Assembly (NCBI RefSeq): GCF_009914755.1
Contig: NC_060933.1
DNA from: the human T2T-CHM13v2.0 reference genome, Homo sapiens
Strand: one strand, 5' to 3'
Length of the DNA: 64,000 nt
Within the stretch, counting starts at the first letter, position 1. Each line of letters opens with the position of its first letter. Below are positions 26,977-42,280 of this stretch, piece by piece. The position numbers and the translations under genes were made by a program. Below the pieces are notes generated by a model. The model worked only from the letters and a program-made list of their open reading frames with translations. It was not told where the DNA came from and did no database searches.

Positions 26977-27002
26977 GAAATTCATAATTTAAAAAGTAAA
27001 GG

Positions 27003-27228
27003 AATCCCAGCACTTTGGGAGTCCGATGCAGGCGAATCATGAGGTCAGGAGATCGATACCATCCTGGCTAACACGGTGAAACCCCGTCTCTACTAAAAAT
27101 ACAAAAAAATTAGCCGGGCGTGGCGGTGGGCGCCGGTAGTCTCAGCTACTCAGGAGGCTGAGGAAGGAAAATGGCGTGAACCTGGGAGGCGGAGTTTGCG
27201 GTGAGTAGAGATCGCCCCACTGCACTCC
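27003..27228 (+). mobile_element. AluY lacking both termini
   Basis: AluY diagnostics (gagatcga, catcctggctaacacggtg, atggcgtgaa); starts at aatcccagc and stops at tgcactcc. Confidence 0.93.
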
Positions 27229-27724
27229 TTGACTTCCTGTTGATGCTATAATAGTAAAAAAAAAAAAAAAAACTAATTGATAACCAAATTGTAAGAAAAA
27301 AAACTCTCATTGTTCTGACTGGCCTCTAATAGTCCAACTTATTTTAGACAGCCATGTAGCATTCTAAAAATCTCAGGAGGCTAATCAAGAAATCATGCCC
27401 TAGATTTTTGTAAACTGCTTTTTCTTGTGGGTTATTCTTAATACGCTCTTCTCTTCTGGCTTTTTCTACTGGGAAATATTATTGGAACACATTACCATCT
27501 ACCCGTGCAAATTATTGAGCCTATTCTTATTGAGGCAAATATGACAGCCCCTACTCTTCAGAAAAGTTTAGAATACTTCTTTAAATTGGGATATAGTGAC
27601 CTAGACTCCAATCTCCAATGCCAAGTTCTCACATATTCTCTCTCTCTCTCTCTTTTTTTTGTCTGCAAAACATAAGGGGTATTAAGTCAGTGAGGACATT
27701 TTTACTATCTCTAGTGCCAGTTTG

Positions 27725-28170
27725 CAGGCAGTATAGTACAGTGGTTAAAAGCTAGGACTCTAGGGACAAATGGCTTCAGTTCAAAAACTAGTTCTAGGAT
27801 TTACTGCTAGCCCCTCTTCCTCCAACAATTTTAGCACAATGCCGGACATAGGCAGTAAATAAAAGTATTTTAATAGAAAAATAAATATTATATCTTAAAC
27901 AGTGTTTGAAATTTACTGGAATCAACTTTTAAAGCATAGCTTCTCCTCATCTTTTAGGAAAGTACTATGGTTTAATAAAAATAAATGGACTTTGCCTTTA
28001 TACATCCAGGGCTTTTTTCCTAAGGTCACCAAATGAGCTGTTTTAATCCTTTTATGAGCTTCAGTTCTCATTCTTTTGAAACAAAACTGATCTGAAAGTA
28101 TATTGTGACAATTAAATGAGATTATCTATATAAAGTGCACAGGACAATGTTGGTTCACGTTAGGCACCCA
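27725..28170 (+). mobile_element. MIR relics (two fragments, ~27725-27808 and ~27960-28170)
   Basis: gcagtatagtacagtggttaaaagc; tgagcttcagttctcatt...attaaatgagattatctatataaagtgc. Confidence 0.6.
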
Positions 28171-29232
28171 GCCAGGGTTATAGGATCCAACATAGCCCAG
28201 CTCATTTGACCCATCCACCCTAGCTAAAACATGCTGAGTTTGCAGAAAGTCTCGTTATTAGTTCTGACTTTGGCCTGGCAGTTTCCAAAATCTAAAAGGC
28301 TCTCTTTTACCTTTCTAATTAAATTTGAAAGCCATTCCTGAACTCCTAAATTTATAAATTTTAAACACCAATATTTCACAAATAATAGATGTTTTAATTT
28401 TTAGTTTGGTTTCACAATAGAAAATCTGTAGTCTTTTAATAAGAATAATAAGTGAATATTTTAGCTCCCTCATTCATTTGTCAATTTCACGAAGAGATTT
28501 ATATAATGTGGAAGTCAAATTTTTAACTTACTGGTAAGACATGAAACATTTATTCAATGAGGTGCTAAATATTGGTCTAATTCAAAAAATCTGCTAGTCA
28601 CTATTAACATTAGAGATCTACAGTATCTTAATATGTTACATATAATTAGTACTAATCTTCAATCATTTGGCATTTAAAGACATTAAAAGCTACTCAAATT
28701 ATCTAGCTAAGAAGCAGCTGGTAATTGATAATATCTACCTCTAGCCTTAGAAAATTGTAATCTCAGCTGGATGTCTCCAGATGGGGTTATAAAAAAAAAG
28801 AAATCACGTTTCTCATTGCTCTCAGTAACACTTCAGATCAAACAAAGAGAAAGAATATAAAATGCTAAGAATTAAAAACTGAATTTATTCATCATTTCAT
28901 TATTCCTGACACTTTTCTTAAAGTGGCTGAAAAAAAAAGAACTACATTTAGAGGAGAAAAAAAATAAACTAGTCTCTTTAGTTTTTCTAGGTAATGTTAG
29001 CTTTTTCAATACCGTAACTGGTAATTTAACCTTACAGATGTGTTTAATAGCAACAGCCAATTCTCAGGTTACAGATACCACATCTTGAGTTTTCTCTCAA
29101 AGTCGGAATGAGACAATTGGTGATTGATAAATACTGCCTGATAAACATGTCCACCATTCAATTCAGCTAGGGTCCATGAGATAGAGAAAGAAAGATGGAC
29201 TGGTCAAGGTTGGAATGCTGGTTTTGCCACTA

Positions 29233-29560
<328 letters not shown>

Positions 29561-29674
29561 TACAAAATCTAATACATGAAGCTTCAGCTTTTTTTTCTAT
29601 AAAATGTAGCAAATGATACCTACTCAAGACAGAGCAAATTCACATTGGTAATATATATAATTATAACCCTCTGG

Positions 29675-30132
29675 AGCCTGGCTATTCAATGTGTTGTCCA
29701 TAAATGAGCAGAATTGTCATAACTGAGGAGTTGAATGAAATGCAGTATCTCAACCTGAGACCTCTTGAATCAGAATTCAGTTCTCATATGGGGCCCAAGA
29801 TCTAAATTTTTAACAAGCTCTCATTTGATGCTGATGTTGCTGATTCCAAAACACATGATGGGTAACAAGGCTTTAGTGTCCCCAATGTATACCACTCAAA
29901 TCAGACAAATTTATACGTGAGCTGTATAATTTTAGATTTTATTAGAAAAGCTGTAACAGGAATATAACTAATATATCATGATATTTGATCCAAAGGAGAG
30001 CAAATATCTTCACCCCCAAGACTTCTGATATAATTGGTCTGAGTTTAGGGCAATTGGTTGAGTTTAGGCATTGGTATTTTTTAGATACCTCTCCAGGTGA
30101 ATCTAGAGCACAGTTGGAATTGAGAACAAATG
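29675..30132. mobile_element. MER5-type hAT MITE relics (~29675-29875 and ~30012-30132)
   Basis: aaatgcagtatctc...tgaatcagaat...ggggcccaagatc...ttttaacaagctc...tgatgctgatgttgctg; ctccaggtgaatctagagcacag...ttgagaac. Confidence 0.65.
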
Positions 30133-30196
30133 ATAGAGATAGCATCAGGCATGGACACTGGAAGAAGCAAATAAAACAACGCAAGAGAAAAAGGAC

Positions 30197-30707
30197 TGTG
30201 ACAGGCAGAATCATGCCCCAGCCCCTTGCAAGAAGTCCACACCCTAATCCCTGGAATCTGTAAATATGTTACCTTCAAAGCAAAAGAAAATTGCAGATAT
30301 GACTAAAGCTATGGAACTAGAGATGAGAGATTATCCTGGATTATGACATGGACAAAATCTAATCCTGTAAATTCTTAAAAGTAGAAGAAAGAAGCAGAAG
30401 ATTATCTCAGAGAGATGTGGTAGAAGAAGAGGCAAGACTGGCATGAGAGGGACTTGACCTGCTGTTGCTGTCTTCAGAGGTGGAGAAAGAGGACCACATT
30501 AGCCAAGAATTCTGGCAGGCTCTAGAAACTCTGAATAAACCTGGCTGATAACCAGCAAGTACATGAATTTGGTGAATGACCTGAATAAGCAAGGAAATAG
30601 ATTTTTCCTTAGAGCTGTCAGAAGGAACACTACCCTGCCAACACTTTGATATTAGGCCAGTGAGAAACGTATTGGACTTTTGACCTATAGAAATGTATGA
30701 GAATACA

Positions 30708-30743
<36 letters not shown>

Positions 30744-30770
30744 GTATTTTGGCACTCCAGTTTATTATTT
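30197..30770 (+). mobile_element. MLT1D/E-type MaLR LTR
   Basis: tgtgacaggcagaatcatg...cctaatccctggaatctgtaaatatgttacctt...gagatgagagattatcctggatta...ccctgccaacactttgat. Confidence 0.85.
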
Positions 30771-30847
30771 TTCTAACTTGTGTGTGTGTGTGTGTGTGGT
30801 GTGTGTGTGTGTGTGTTGTATTTGGCACCCAAATTTATTTTTCTAAC
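30709..30847. repeat. Tandem duplication (~69 bp x2), each copy carrying a (TG)n tract
   Basis: (TG)n-ttgtattttggcactccagtttattatttttctaac followed by (TG)n-ttgtatttggcacccaaatttattttttctaac. Confidence 0.9.
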
Positions 30848-31049
30848 TTTTAATTTGTATGGGTATATTTGTGGGTACATGAGTTATTTTGATACAGGCA
30901 TTCAATGTGTAATAACTACATTAGGATAAATTACATCAAGCATTTATCATCCTTTGTGTTATGGATGTTCCAATTATACTTTTTAAGATGTTATTTTTAA
31001 AGTACAATAAATTATTGTTGACTATAGTCACCCTGTTAAGCTATCAAAT
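30848..31049 (-). mobile_element. L1MA-type 3' end fragment
   Basis: gggtacatgagttattttgatacaggcattcaatgtgtaataa...ttattgttgactatagtcaccctgtt. Confidence 0.8.
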
Positions 31050-31165
31050 CATTTGTCTTTTTTTAATCGCTAAAAGGTGTGCTCATTTCTTTCAAAAACC
31101 ATAGAAAATTTATACAAGGATACAGTCCATTGTATTGCCTTAAGCCTCTTATTTAAAGATCAACT

Positions 31166-31672
31166 CTTATATACCCAAAGGATTATAAATCACTATACTA
31201 TAAAGACACATGCAGATCTACGTTTATTCTGGCACTGTTCACAATAGCAAAGACTTGGAACCAACCCAAATGCCCATCAGTGATAGACTGGATAAAGAAA
31301 ATGTGGCACATATACACCATGGAATACTATGCAGCCATAAAAAAGAATGAGTTCAAGTCCTTTGCAGGGACATGGATGAGGCTGGAAACCATCATTCTCA
31401 GCAAACTAACACAAGAACAGAAAACCAAACACTGCATGTTCCCACTCATAAGTGAGAGTTGAACAATAAGAACACATGGTCACAGGGAGGGGAACATCAC
31501 ACACCAGGGCCTGTCAGGGGTGGGGGCTAGGGGAGGGATAGCATTAGGAGAAACACCTAATGTAGATGACAGGTTGATGGGTGCAGCAAACCACCATGGC
31601 ACTTGTATACATATGTAACAAACCTGCAAGTTCTGCGCATGTATCTCAGAAAGTAAATTATAAAAATAAAAG
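31166..31672 (+). mobile_element. 5'-truncated LINE-1, L1PA7/8-like
   Basis: ORF2 C-terminus ([22 protein letters not shown]) and 3'UTR; TSD aagatcaact at 31156-31165 and 31673-31682. Confidence 0.95.
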
Positions 31673-31847
31673 AAGATCAACTGTTGAAATAATAAGTCAG
31701 TGTTTTCTAATGAAAAGGTTTGTTCTACACTGATATGCTGATATGCTTTTAAACATAAGATAATGAGAAATATAAATTTTGTGGGTTTTTTTGGAAACCT
31801 GCAAGAAACCTCTGAACTAATTGAATAACATGACAATGATACCAGTA

Positions 31848-31975
31848 GGTAACATTTATTGAATGCCTACTGTGTGTCAGGCAGTGTTTTAATGTTATGT
31901 TATCCTCGTAACAACTCTAGGAGGAAAGTACAATTATTCTCCTTCATCATAGATATGGATGTTGAAATATACAAA
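31848..31975 (-). mobile_element. MIR SINE relic
   Basis: aacatttattgaatgcctactgtgtgtcaggcagtgtttt...tcctcgtaacaactcta. Confidence 0.65.
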
Positions 31976-32884
31976 TGTCAGGCAAGAGTGATATGAATGG
32001 GTTTTAAATAGCCCAAGCTGTTTAATCTATAACACTACTGATGTAAAGAAAATTAGAATATCTCCTTGTAAATACAGATGCAATAAATGAAACTCAGAAG
32101 GATTAATTATCAGGATGTCACACTGCCAGCAAGTCATAAAAGCTTGATTTTTAAGTTCCTGGCAAAGTCATCATTTCACTGAAATATAAAATGTAGATAA
32201 AGTTTAAATAGAGACAACTGAAATAGTCTCTGCCATAAAGTAGATAATAATCAATACATGGACTAAGTTTGATGAAGTAAAAGTTGGTATTTCTCTAACT
32301 TTCATGTGTAGGCAAGATGAAGCTTTCTTGAGTAGCTAAGGAGAATGACCTTAAGAAAGACAAAAGCAAACCACCATTCAATTATGTCATTAAGACCTCA
32401 ATATGCACTCAGAAACAATTTCTGAAATGAGTCAGATATCTATTTAGTGGTAATCTGAAACACTTGAACTGGAGATTAGTTGTGAAACAAAAGAATTGTT
32501 CTACTGTGTATTGTTTTCCTTTACTCTAGGAAGTACATAAAAACACAGCTAGTGGAGGAAGGGAAGAAAAAGAAGGGCAGCAAGATGTTGCAGAATCTTA
32601 TTTTTTTCTTCCTCACATGCATAAGGAGCAGAATAAAATAAAGTCCTCCAAAGAATAGGACTTTACTGTCCTGCCTTCCCTCCCCGCTCCACTCCAGTTT
32701 TTCTTAAGCCCTTCATCTGAGAGGCCTGGAGATAAAAGGAGTTAGTTATCTTAGTAGATAAAGGACACCACTAGAGAAAAAATTAAATAAAGATTTAGAG
32801 ATGGGCAAAAGTGTGTGGAATGGCAAAGGGACACCTTGACAGAATGAAGCCTTATAAAAAGTGTCAGTGAATTTATAGACCAAA

Positions 32885-32886
32885 GA

Positions 32887-32920
<34 letters not shown>
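32885..32920. repeat. (GA)n microsatellite
   Basis: Direct reading. Confidence 0.95.
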
Positions 32921-33454
32921 CGCTTACAGACTATTTATTTACAGAAAGCTAAAATATTTCTTTTTCAGGAGTAAGAGTTTTCATGTTAGATATTGTGAAC
33001 CCTCTCACATAACATATTGACTTTTTTTGTAGTGTGTCCTCTGAAAACATTTTACATGAGGAATGCAAAATTCAATTATAAACAAATATTAGCTGTGCTG
33101 GCCAAGTTCTTCCGTAACAGAGCTTAATATATTTTCCTACAATCATTTATTGTTTCCCCTCAAAAGATGCTAGGCTGAATTAGTCAATGAGCTAAAAGAA
33201 ATATTTGAAATGTGTGAAGTATTCATTTAGTATTGTGCTAGGCAACAACTCCTCACTTATCTATAATTCATTGGTTATGAGAACATAGCTAAAAACCGGG
33301 GGAATGAGAGAAAAGCTCTGTCTAAATCACCAAAGCAGTATTTTATTCTAAAGACAGCTTTGCCAAATCTTGGATGTTTTTACATTATATGCAATTCAAA
33401 TATATAGGATTGTTTTATTGCTCAGTCTATAGAATATAGGAGGTAAATTTTTTT

Positions 33455-35334
<1,880 letters not shown>

Positions 35335-35338
35335 TAAC

Positions 35339-35597
35339 TTTTTTTGGGGACAGGGTCTAGCTTGGTCACCCAGACTGGACTGCAGTGGTGCACTTACACC
35401 TTACTGCAGCTTTGAACTTCAGAGTTGAAGTGATCCTCCCACCTCAGACTCCTGAGCTGGGACTACAGTTGCATGCCACCACACCTGGCTAATTTTTTAA
35501 TTAATGTTATGTGGAGATGGAGTCTCACTATGTTGACTAGGCTGGTCTCACACTCCTGGCCTCAAGCAATCCTCCTGCCTGGGCCTCCCAAAATGTT
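35339..35597 (-). mobile_element. AluJ-type element (old, 5' end missing)
   Basis: gacagggtct...tgatcctcccacctcag...ctcctggcctcaagcaatcctcctgcct. Confidence 0.88.
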
Positions 35598-35938
35598 AAA
35601 ATTTAAATTAGAAGGTGAGATTTCTCATATTGAAACTCCTAGCTCTAGACCCAGCCATATCACATTTAAAAAACCACTATGCATATATAGTTACCTAATT
35701 GCAAAATGGTGTAAGTACCAAGATAGTTACTGTTTCTTCTCCTGCACTTTTTTTAAGCAGTAAAATATTGTAAGAAAAATAAACTCCCATTCTGAGGTTT
35801 AAAAAGTGTGGCTCATCTACACAATAGATTAATATGCATCCATTTTTTAAAAGAGTGTGTTCTAGTGTACCAATGTGGAAGGACTGAGAAAATACATTAA
35901 GTGAAAAACAGCAAGATATATCATGATCCCATTTGAAT

Positions 35939-36310
35939 TGTTAAAAGAAAAACTTTAAACTAATTAAACTTGACATATTTATCCTGAACAAATAATTCCT
36001 GAGTCCGGTGGTATAAGTACAAGGAGAAGTTGAGGGCTGCACTAGACGGTGTGAGTGGCGTGCTTTCATAGACCAAAGGCAGATGCAAAGTAGAGAAATC
36101 ACCTGATTGGCTACAGCTAGGCAACTGTCTTTTTTGGGTATAGTGTGATGAGTTGGCGGCCTGTGATTAGCTGAACTCAGCTGTTTGTTATTCCCCTAAG
36201 TTAGGTTTCCATTTATCTAAGTACTAAGTTAAGACTGCAATTTATTATACAGAAACTCGAAGTATGGATACAGCCTCAGGCTAATGGCCTCCTGCTTATT
36301 TAATTCTATA
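35939..36310 (-). mobile_element. ERV1-class (MER4-group-like) solo LTR
   Basis: ctgattggctacagctaggc...cctaagttaggtttc...cagcctcaggctaatggcctcctgcttatttaatt resembles an antisense MER4-group LTR; family not resolved. Confidence 0.6.
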
Positions 36311-36434
36311 ATATAAAAATATAATTTTTAATGTTTGAAAGCCATAAACATTAATGAAAATATATTTAAAATGTAAGTTGATTTTGTATGGAAAATGAGA
36401 GTAGGATGAGAAGGGGTTGTATAGCCAAATCACA

Positions 36435-36560
36435 GGCATTTTACAGACAGACACTGAGCTGAAGGGAGGAGGCTAAGTAAGTTGCCAAAGCTATACCATT
36501 GGAATCCCGTATTGAAACCTAGAAGTCCAGCACCAGAGGATATTCAAGTCACTATTCTGC
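36435..36560 (-). mobile_element. MIR SINE relic
   Basis: cattttacagacagacactgag...ggctaagtaagttgccaaag...attgaaacctagaagtcc. Confidence 0.6.
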
Positions 36561-37609
36561 AATGTTGCTTTTCATGAGAATACAATTAAACGTACATATT
36601 AAAATGCCAATTTCGTGGCTGATATTTTTAAATCCATCTAACTACTTATTCAACTCTGCTTCACCTTAAAACAAATGAAAACGAAAAAGCAAATTAAAAA
36701 AAAAACAACAACAAAAAATAATCCTCTTCCCTCAGATTTGCATCTCTATATTATCAAGTTTGAATGTGCACACTTTACAAAATATTCCAAGGTTCGGCAG
36801 TCTTTCACAAAACAACTTTGCCCTCTAGAATTCCCAGGCACATATTATCTCCAAATTCTGGCTTGTAGAAAATGTGGTGATCTATGAACAAAAACGTGTT
36901 TAGAGGCCATTCACCAGAGCCCTGCAATCAGCACTAACTATCATAAGCTTCAGAATGAAATTCACATATTGATTTTAATTTATAAATCCCCTTCTGGTGG
37001 ACTGCCACATTGCCTTAGTAGATTACCTCTGCACCTGTAAATCATCCTGCAGCTGGGATGGGTTGTACCACTTATAAGCCCGATTCTTTGATTTAAATGT
37101 TAGGGGACTGAAGGCAGATGTTTTCATTAATCTTCCATGTGTTTTTTTCTTACACATTTTTCTTCAGGATAGTATGAAGATAATTATACTTTTAACCTTC
37201 CTTGATTTATAATATAAGCTATTTGGCTTATAGATAGCACAATGTAAGAGGAGTTAGCTCTTGGCAAATTTGTGAAGTAACTATTTTTAGAAATTGCAAC
37301 TTTCTTATTTAACCTCTTTCTTTTCTATCCTCTAAGATCCCTCTTCCACCCCCTCAGGCATCCACTGCTGTGACAGTTTTCTCCTCTTTATATTTTAACA
37401 TCTACTTTCCTTGCAGCAAATCATATGCAACTATTACTAGTTTTTAAATGTTATCTCCACCGTAGCTTAAACCTCAATAGGATCAACTCCTTTAAGGAAA
37501 GCTTTAAGGTTACCTTTCGTCAGGGGTGCATCATGTGAGGTGGTCAATTTCTGGAGTATCTGCGAAGCTCATAATAATGCTTTATATATCCTCTGTATCA
37601 AAGCAATGG

Positions 37610-38514
37610 AAGCCATATTTGTTCTACCCACACTCATCACTGGCTACAGTTAATTGGATGAAGTGTGGCCATTTGACACAGGTTTAGCCAATTGAATTCT
37701 CACAATCAAGAAATTTTATTTGGTAACAAGGACTTCTAATTGAGATTCAAATAGCGATAGAAATTCTCAAGAGTTGCGACTCTGCCTTCAATTGTCCATC
37801 AATAACATATGAGATAAATCAGGGCTGTAAAAAATAAGGAATGAAGAGTTTAGATGTGAATAAAATGTCACGCAGGAGAGACACAAATTGTTTGTGAATT
37901 CTCGTTCCATTTCTCTTGCTGAATTCAATAGGAGAGCTTTATTTCCTTGTGAAAATTAGCCCATTTTAATTTAGATCAAATTTGTTTCTATTACTTGCAA
38001 ACAAAAGAAACTAATTGATATATAATGACACCTACTACCCTTCCGTTTCAGAATAAGATGATCCAATATTCTTTGTGAAAATAAACACTTCACTCACATT
38101 CTTTAGGCTTAGATAAAATCGCTTCCACCTCTAATTCCAGAGTATAGCTTTTAATTTAAGCTGACCAGCTAGATCATCATTGTGTGATTGAATTAGGGAT
38201 GGACTGAAAGTGCATTGACAGCTAATGGAATGAAGGAAATATTTGTTGGAATTTCTGAGAGACTTGCGCTTATCTTGCAGGAATTGAACTTGCAGTTTCT
38301 GGTCTAGAACAACTGGAACTCTCTTGCTCTCAACAAGTGCTTGTTTATATAAAAGTGCAATAAACCTACAGAAAGTGAAACCATGCAACTTAAGGGAGAT
38401 GGGGGAAGAGAGAGGGAGATACAGGGCTCTAGTGGTATCATTTGAGCCCCCGGTTCAAATCCTGTTGTACTGGTTACATGCTCTATCTTGTAACCAAGAC
38501 TCCTGGCTGATACA
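37610..38514 (+). mobile_element. Old MLT1 (J/K/L-like) LTR relics (two, ending ~38022 and 38514)
   Basis: MLT1-like 3' termini tttctattacttgcaaacaaaagaaactaattgatata and cttgtaaccaagactcctggctgataca. Confidence 0.5.
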
Positions 38515-38843
38515 GAGCTCCCCAAATGCTACTGTGCCAGTGTTGCTTTCTTTATCTAACTTATGTGTCATTCTCTGAAATAAAAGACAAATTTCAAATG
38601 GTAGTATTCGATTTAAATTTATATTTTCTAAAGAGAAAAGAAATCATTCATTTAGTTTTTTCTTAATTTATATAACAAGGACAATTTATTGTGTACTCCA
38701 TTTTTGGAAGTGCAGCATTTCAGTAAAGACTAGGTATTGCATAGAAAAAAAAATAACAGGATTTGCAGACCATAGTTTCCCCCTAATTTTACTATATACT
38801 AGCTATATAAAGAAGAGGAAATCATTCTCTCTATATTGATTTG

Positions 38844-40466
38844 AAGAACAAAACTGGAGGCATCACACTGACTTCAAACTACGTTATGAGGCTACAGTAA
38901 CCCAAACAACATGGTATTTGTAGAAAAACAGACACATAGACTGGAACAGAATCGAAAACTCAGAAATAAAGCCACAAACCTGCAAGCAGCTGATCTTCAA
39001 CAGGGACAACAAAAAGGAACGGGGAAAGGATTTCCTATGCTCTAAATGGTGCTGGAATAACTGGCTAGCCATATGCGGAATAAATCTTTCACCACATATA
39101 AAAATTAACTCAAGATGGTTTAAAGATTTAATGTAAGACATCAAACTACAAAAATCCTAGACGGAAACCTAGGAAATGCCCTTCTATTCATCAGCCTTGG
39201 CAAATAATTTTTGACTAAGTCCCCAAAAACAATTGCAACAAAAACAAAAAGCAATAAGTGAGATCTAATTAAACTAAGGAGCCTCTGCACAACAAAAGAA
39301 ACTATCAACAGATCAACAAAGTAAATAAACAACCTACAGAATGGGAGAAAATAATTGCAAACTGTGCATCTCACAAAGGTATAGTAATCAGAATCTGTAA
39401 GGAACTTAAACAAATTAACAATAAAAAAAACCCCACAAATAACCCATTAAAATGGGCAAAGGACATGAATAGATTTCTCAAAAGAAGAATACAAGCAGCC
39501 AACAAACATGAAAAAATGCTCAACATCACTAATTGTCAGAGAAATGCAAATTAAAACAACCATGAAATGCTATTGCACACAGGTCAGAATGGCTTCTATC
39601 TAAAAGTCAAAAAAACAATAGATGACAGTGAGTAATTGCTCACGATTATGGCCTCCAACTGCATTCACATTGCTGCAAAGGACATGATTTTGTTCTTTTT
39701 TATGGCTGTGTACTATTTCATGCTACATATGTATCACATTTTCTTTATCCAATCCATCATTAGCGGGCACCTAAGCTGATTCCATGTCTTTGCTATTGTG
39801 AATAGCTCAGTGATGAATATAACTAGTGCATGTGTCTTTTGATGCCAGTGAGGCTGTGGATGCCAGTGAGGCTGTGGAGAAAAGGGGACACTTATACAGT
39901 CTTAGTGGGAATGTAAATTAGTTCAGCCACTATAGAAAGCAGTTTAGGTATTTCTCAAAGAAGTTAAAACAGAGTGACCATTTGACCCAGCAATTACATT
40001 ACTGGGTATATGCCTGAAGAAAAAGATTATTATACCAAAAAGACACATGCACTAGTTATATTCATCACTGAGCTAGTCACGATAGCAAAGACATGGAATC
40101 AACTTAGGTGCCCGCCAATGATGGATTGGATAAAGAAAATGTGATACATATGTAGCATGAAATAGTACACAGCCATAAAAAAGAACAAAATCATGTCCTT
40201 TGCAGTAACATGAATGCAGCTGGAGGCCATAATCATAAGCAAATTTTTCAGGAACAGAAAACAAAAGACCACATGTTCTCACTTATTAAGTGTGAGCTAA
40301 ATACTGAACACACATGGACATAAACATGGGAACAACTGACACTGCAGACTACAAGAGAGAGGAGAGAGGGAGGCATGGGTTGAAAAACTATTGAGTACTA
40401 TGCTCACTACCTGGGTGCAATATACCCATGAAAGAAATCTGTACATATACCCCCATATTTAAAATA

Positions 40467-40498
<32 letters not shown>
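38844..40498 (+). mobile_element. 5'-truncated LINE-1 (L1PA15/16-like) with internal inverted duplication
   Basis: ORF2 3' region; 3'UTR ttgaaaaactattgagtactatgctcactacctgggtg; (AAAT)n tail; antisense insert at 39634-39840. Confidence 0.92.
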
Positions 40499-40638
40499 CA
40501 TAATATCTACCCAGTAAAGTCATAAGTTTCCTGTGCAGATGAAGTGACAGGTTGTTGTGTTTAAATCTCTTTGGAAATATTTGCAGTGTTATACATATAC
40601 ACCTATGTATACTTCAGAAGTTAAAATGTAACCCCTTA

Positions 40639-40965
<327 letters not shown>

Positions 40966-41559
40966 TCAAGGTTCATGAGGTCTCTAATTTCCATCTGAAC
41001 AATGAAATTCAAAGAAGGGCTTCTATTCCGTTTGTGGGTTGCCATAGTTCAATATTAGTGAAGAGTCCAATTGAAGTAGCATAAGAAGAGTTGGTCTTAC
41101 AGAATTTAGCCTCAGATTACAAGTAAGCAATTTTCTGCTCCTTGCAGGTTTTTAATTGTGATGAAATTTATTGCAGAGCAGAAGGATGGCTAGAAGTTAA
41201 GAAAATTATTTTTAAACTTTCAACTAATAGCATAGTTCTTTGAATTACCGATTTGTTGAAAATCAGACAATTTATTTAATCAAAGTACATATTTTCAGTA
41301 CATTTTTTGCTTTAACAATCAAGTATACATTTAGATTATACTGATGAGTCAACAAACATTCAGCTTGATTATTCATGTAGTAACAGTTGTATTCTCATGT
41401 TCTTGAAATTCTGTGAGAGAGATATAAAATAACCAAATCTCATCACTGAAATGTTGATATGAATTAATTTAACATTAGATCCTTTTCTCTGCTTGTGCTT
41501 TACTTTGGTAATACTATGACACTCATATTTATACAACTGTTGGGTATTGTTATATCCAA

Positions 41560-41688
41560 TGTTTTATCTGTTTGTTTCTACTACAAATTTTTGAGCTCCT
41601 AGGTGATATGGCTTATATTTTAATTACTATGTACTCCTAGTGCCTAAAACATAGCAGGTTCAATAACTGTTTGTTGAGTGAATGAATG
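41560..41688 (+). mobile_element. L2 3' end
   Basis: tgagctcct...ctcctagtgcctaaaacatagcaggttcaataactgtttgttgagtgaatgaatg. Confidence 0.75.
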
Positions 41689-42092
41689 CAAAATATTGCT
41701 TATGGAGTACCTTCCTGGTTATAAAGAAGAACATCAAATTAGTTATTTGGTCTGCCCAAATATCAGTGTCACTAATGGTATGAAAATTCAAAAACAAAAC
41801 AAAATAATGTTTTGAGGAAATCTTTTCCACTTTGAGGAAAAAGTGGAATTGGATTTCTTCTTAATGAAATATAGCAAAAAGAATTTTCATGTATTTTCCT
41901 GCTTTTAATGTTAACAAGGAATGCAATGGGACAGATACTTTAAAAAGTAATACTTTTTTCTTCTTATTTAAATAGGAACATATGTTCATTGTACATACTT
42001 TAGTAATTATATAAAAGGTGAGAAATTAAATTGAAAGTACCCCTTATATAACTATTCCAACAATAACTGATGACATTTGTTTGTAGTATTTT

Positions 42093-42117
42093 CACACACA
42101 CACACACAGACACAGAC

Positions 42118-42148
<31 letters not shown>
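42093..42148. repeat. Imperfect (CA)n microsatellite
   Basis: Direct reading. Confidence 0.9.
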
Positions 42149-42280
42149 ATAATATGCTCATTGATAAACCAGAATACCCCAGGCCTTGAGACATATTTCA
42201 AAGTCAAATTTTTTCTTCCTCATTCTTAGAATTCTGATTGTTATATATTTTTTTTAACTGTCAGACATCCTGAGAAATAG

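Noticed and set aside
41825-41848. Short hairpins (ttccacttt/aaagtggaa; also ~7597 and ~32639)
   Set aside because: 8-9 bp stems are expected by chance in AT-rich DNA; not terminators in this context
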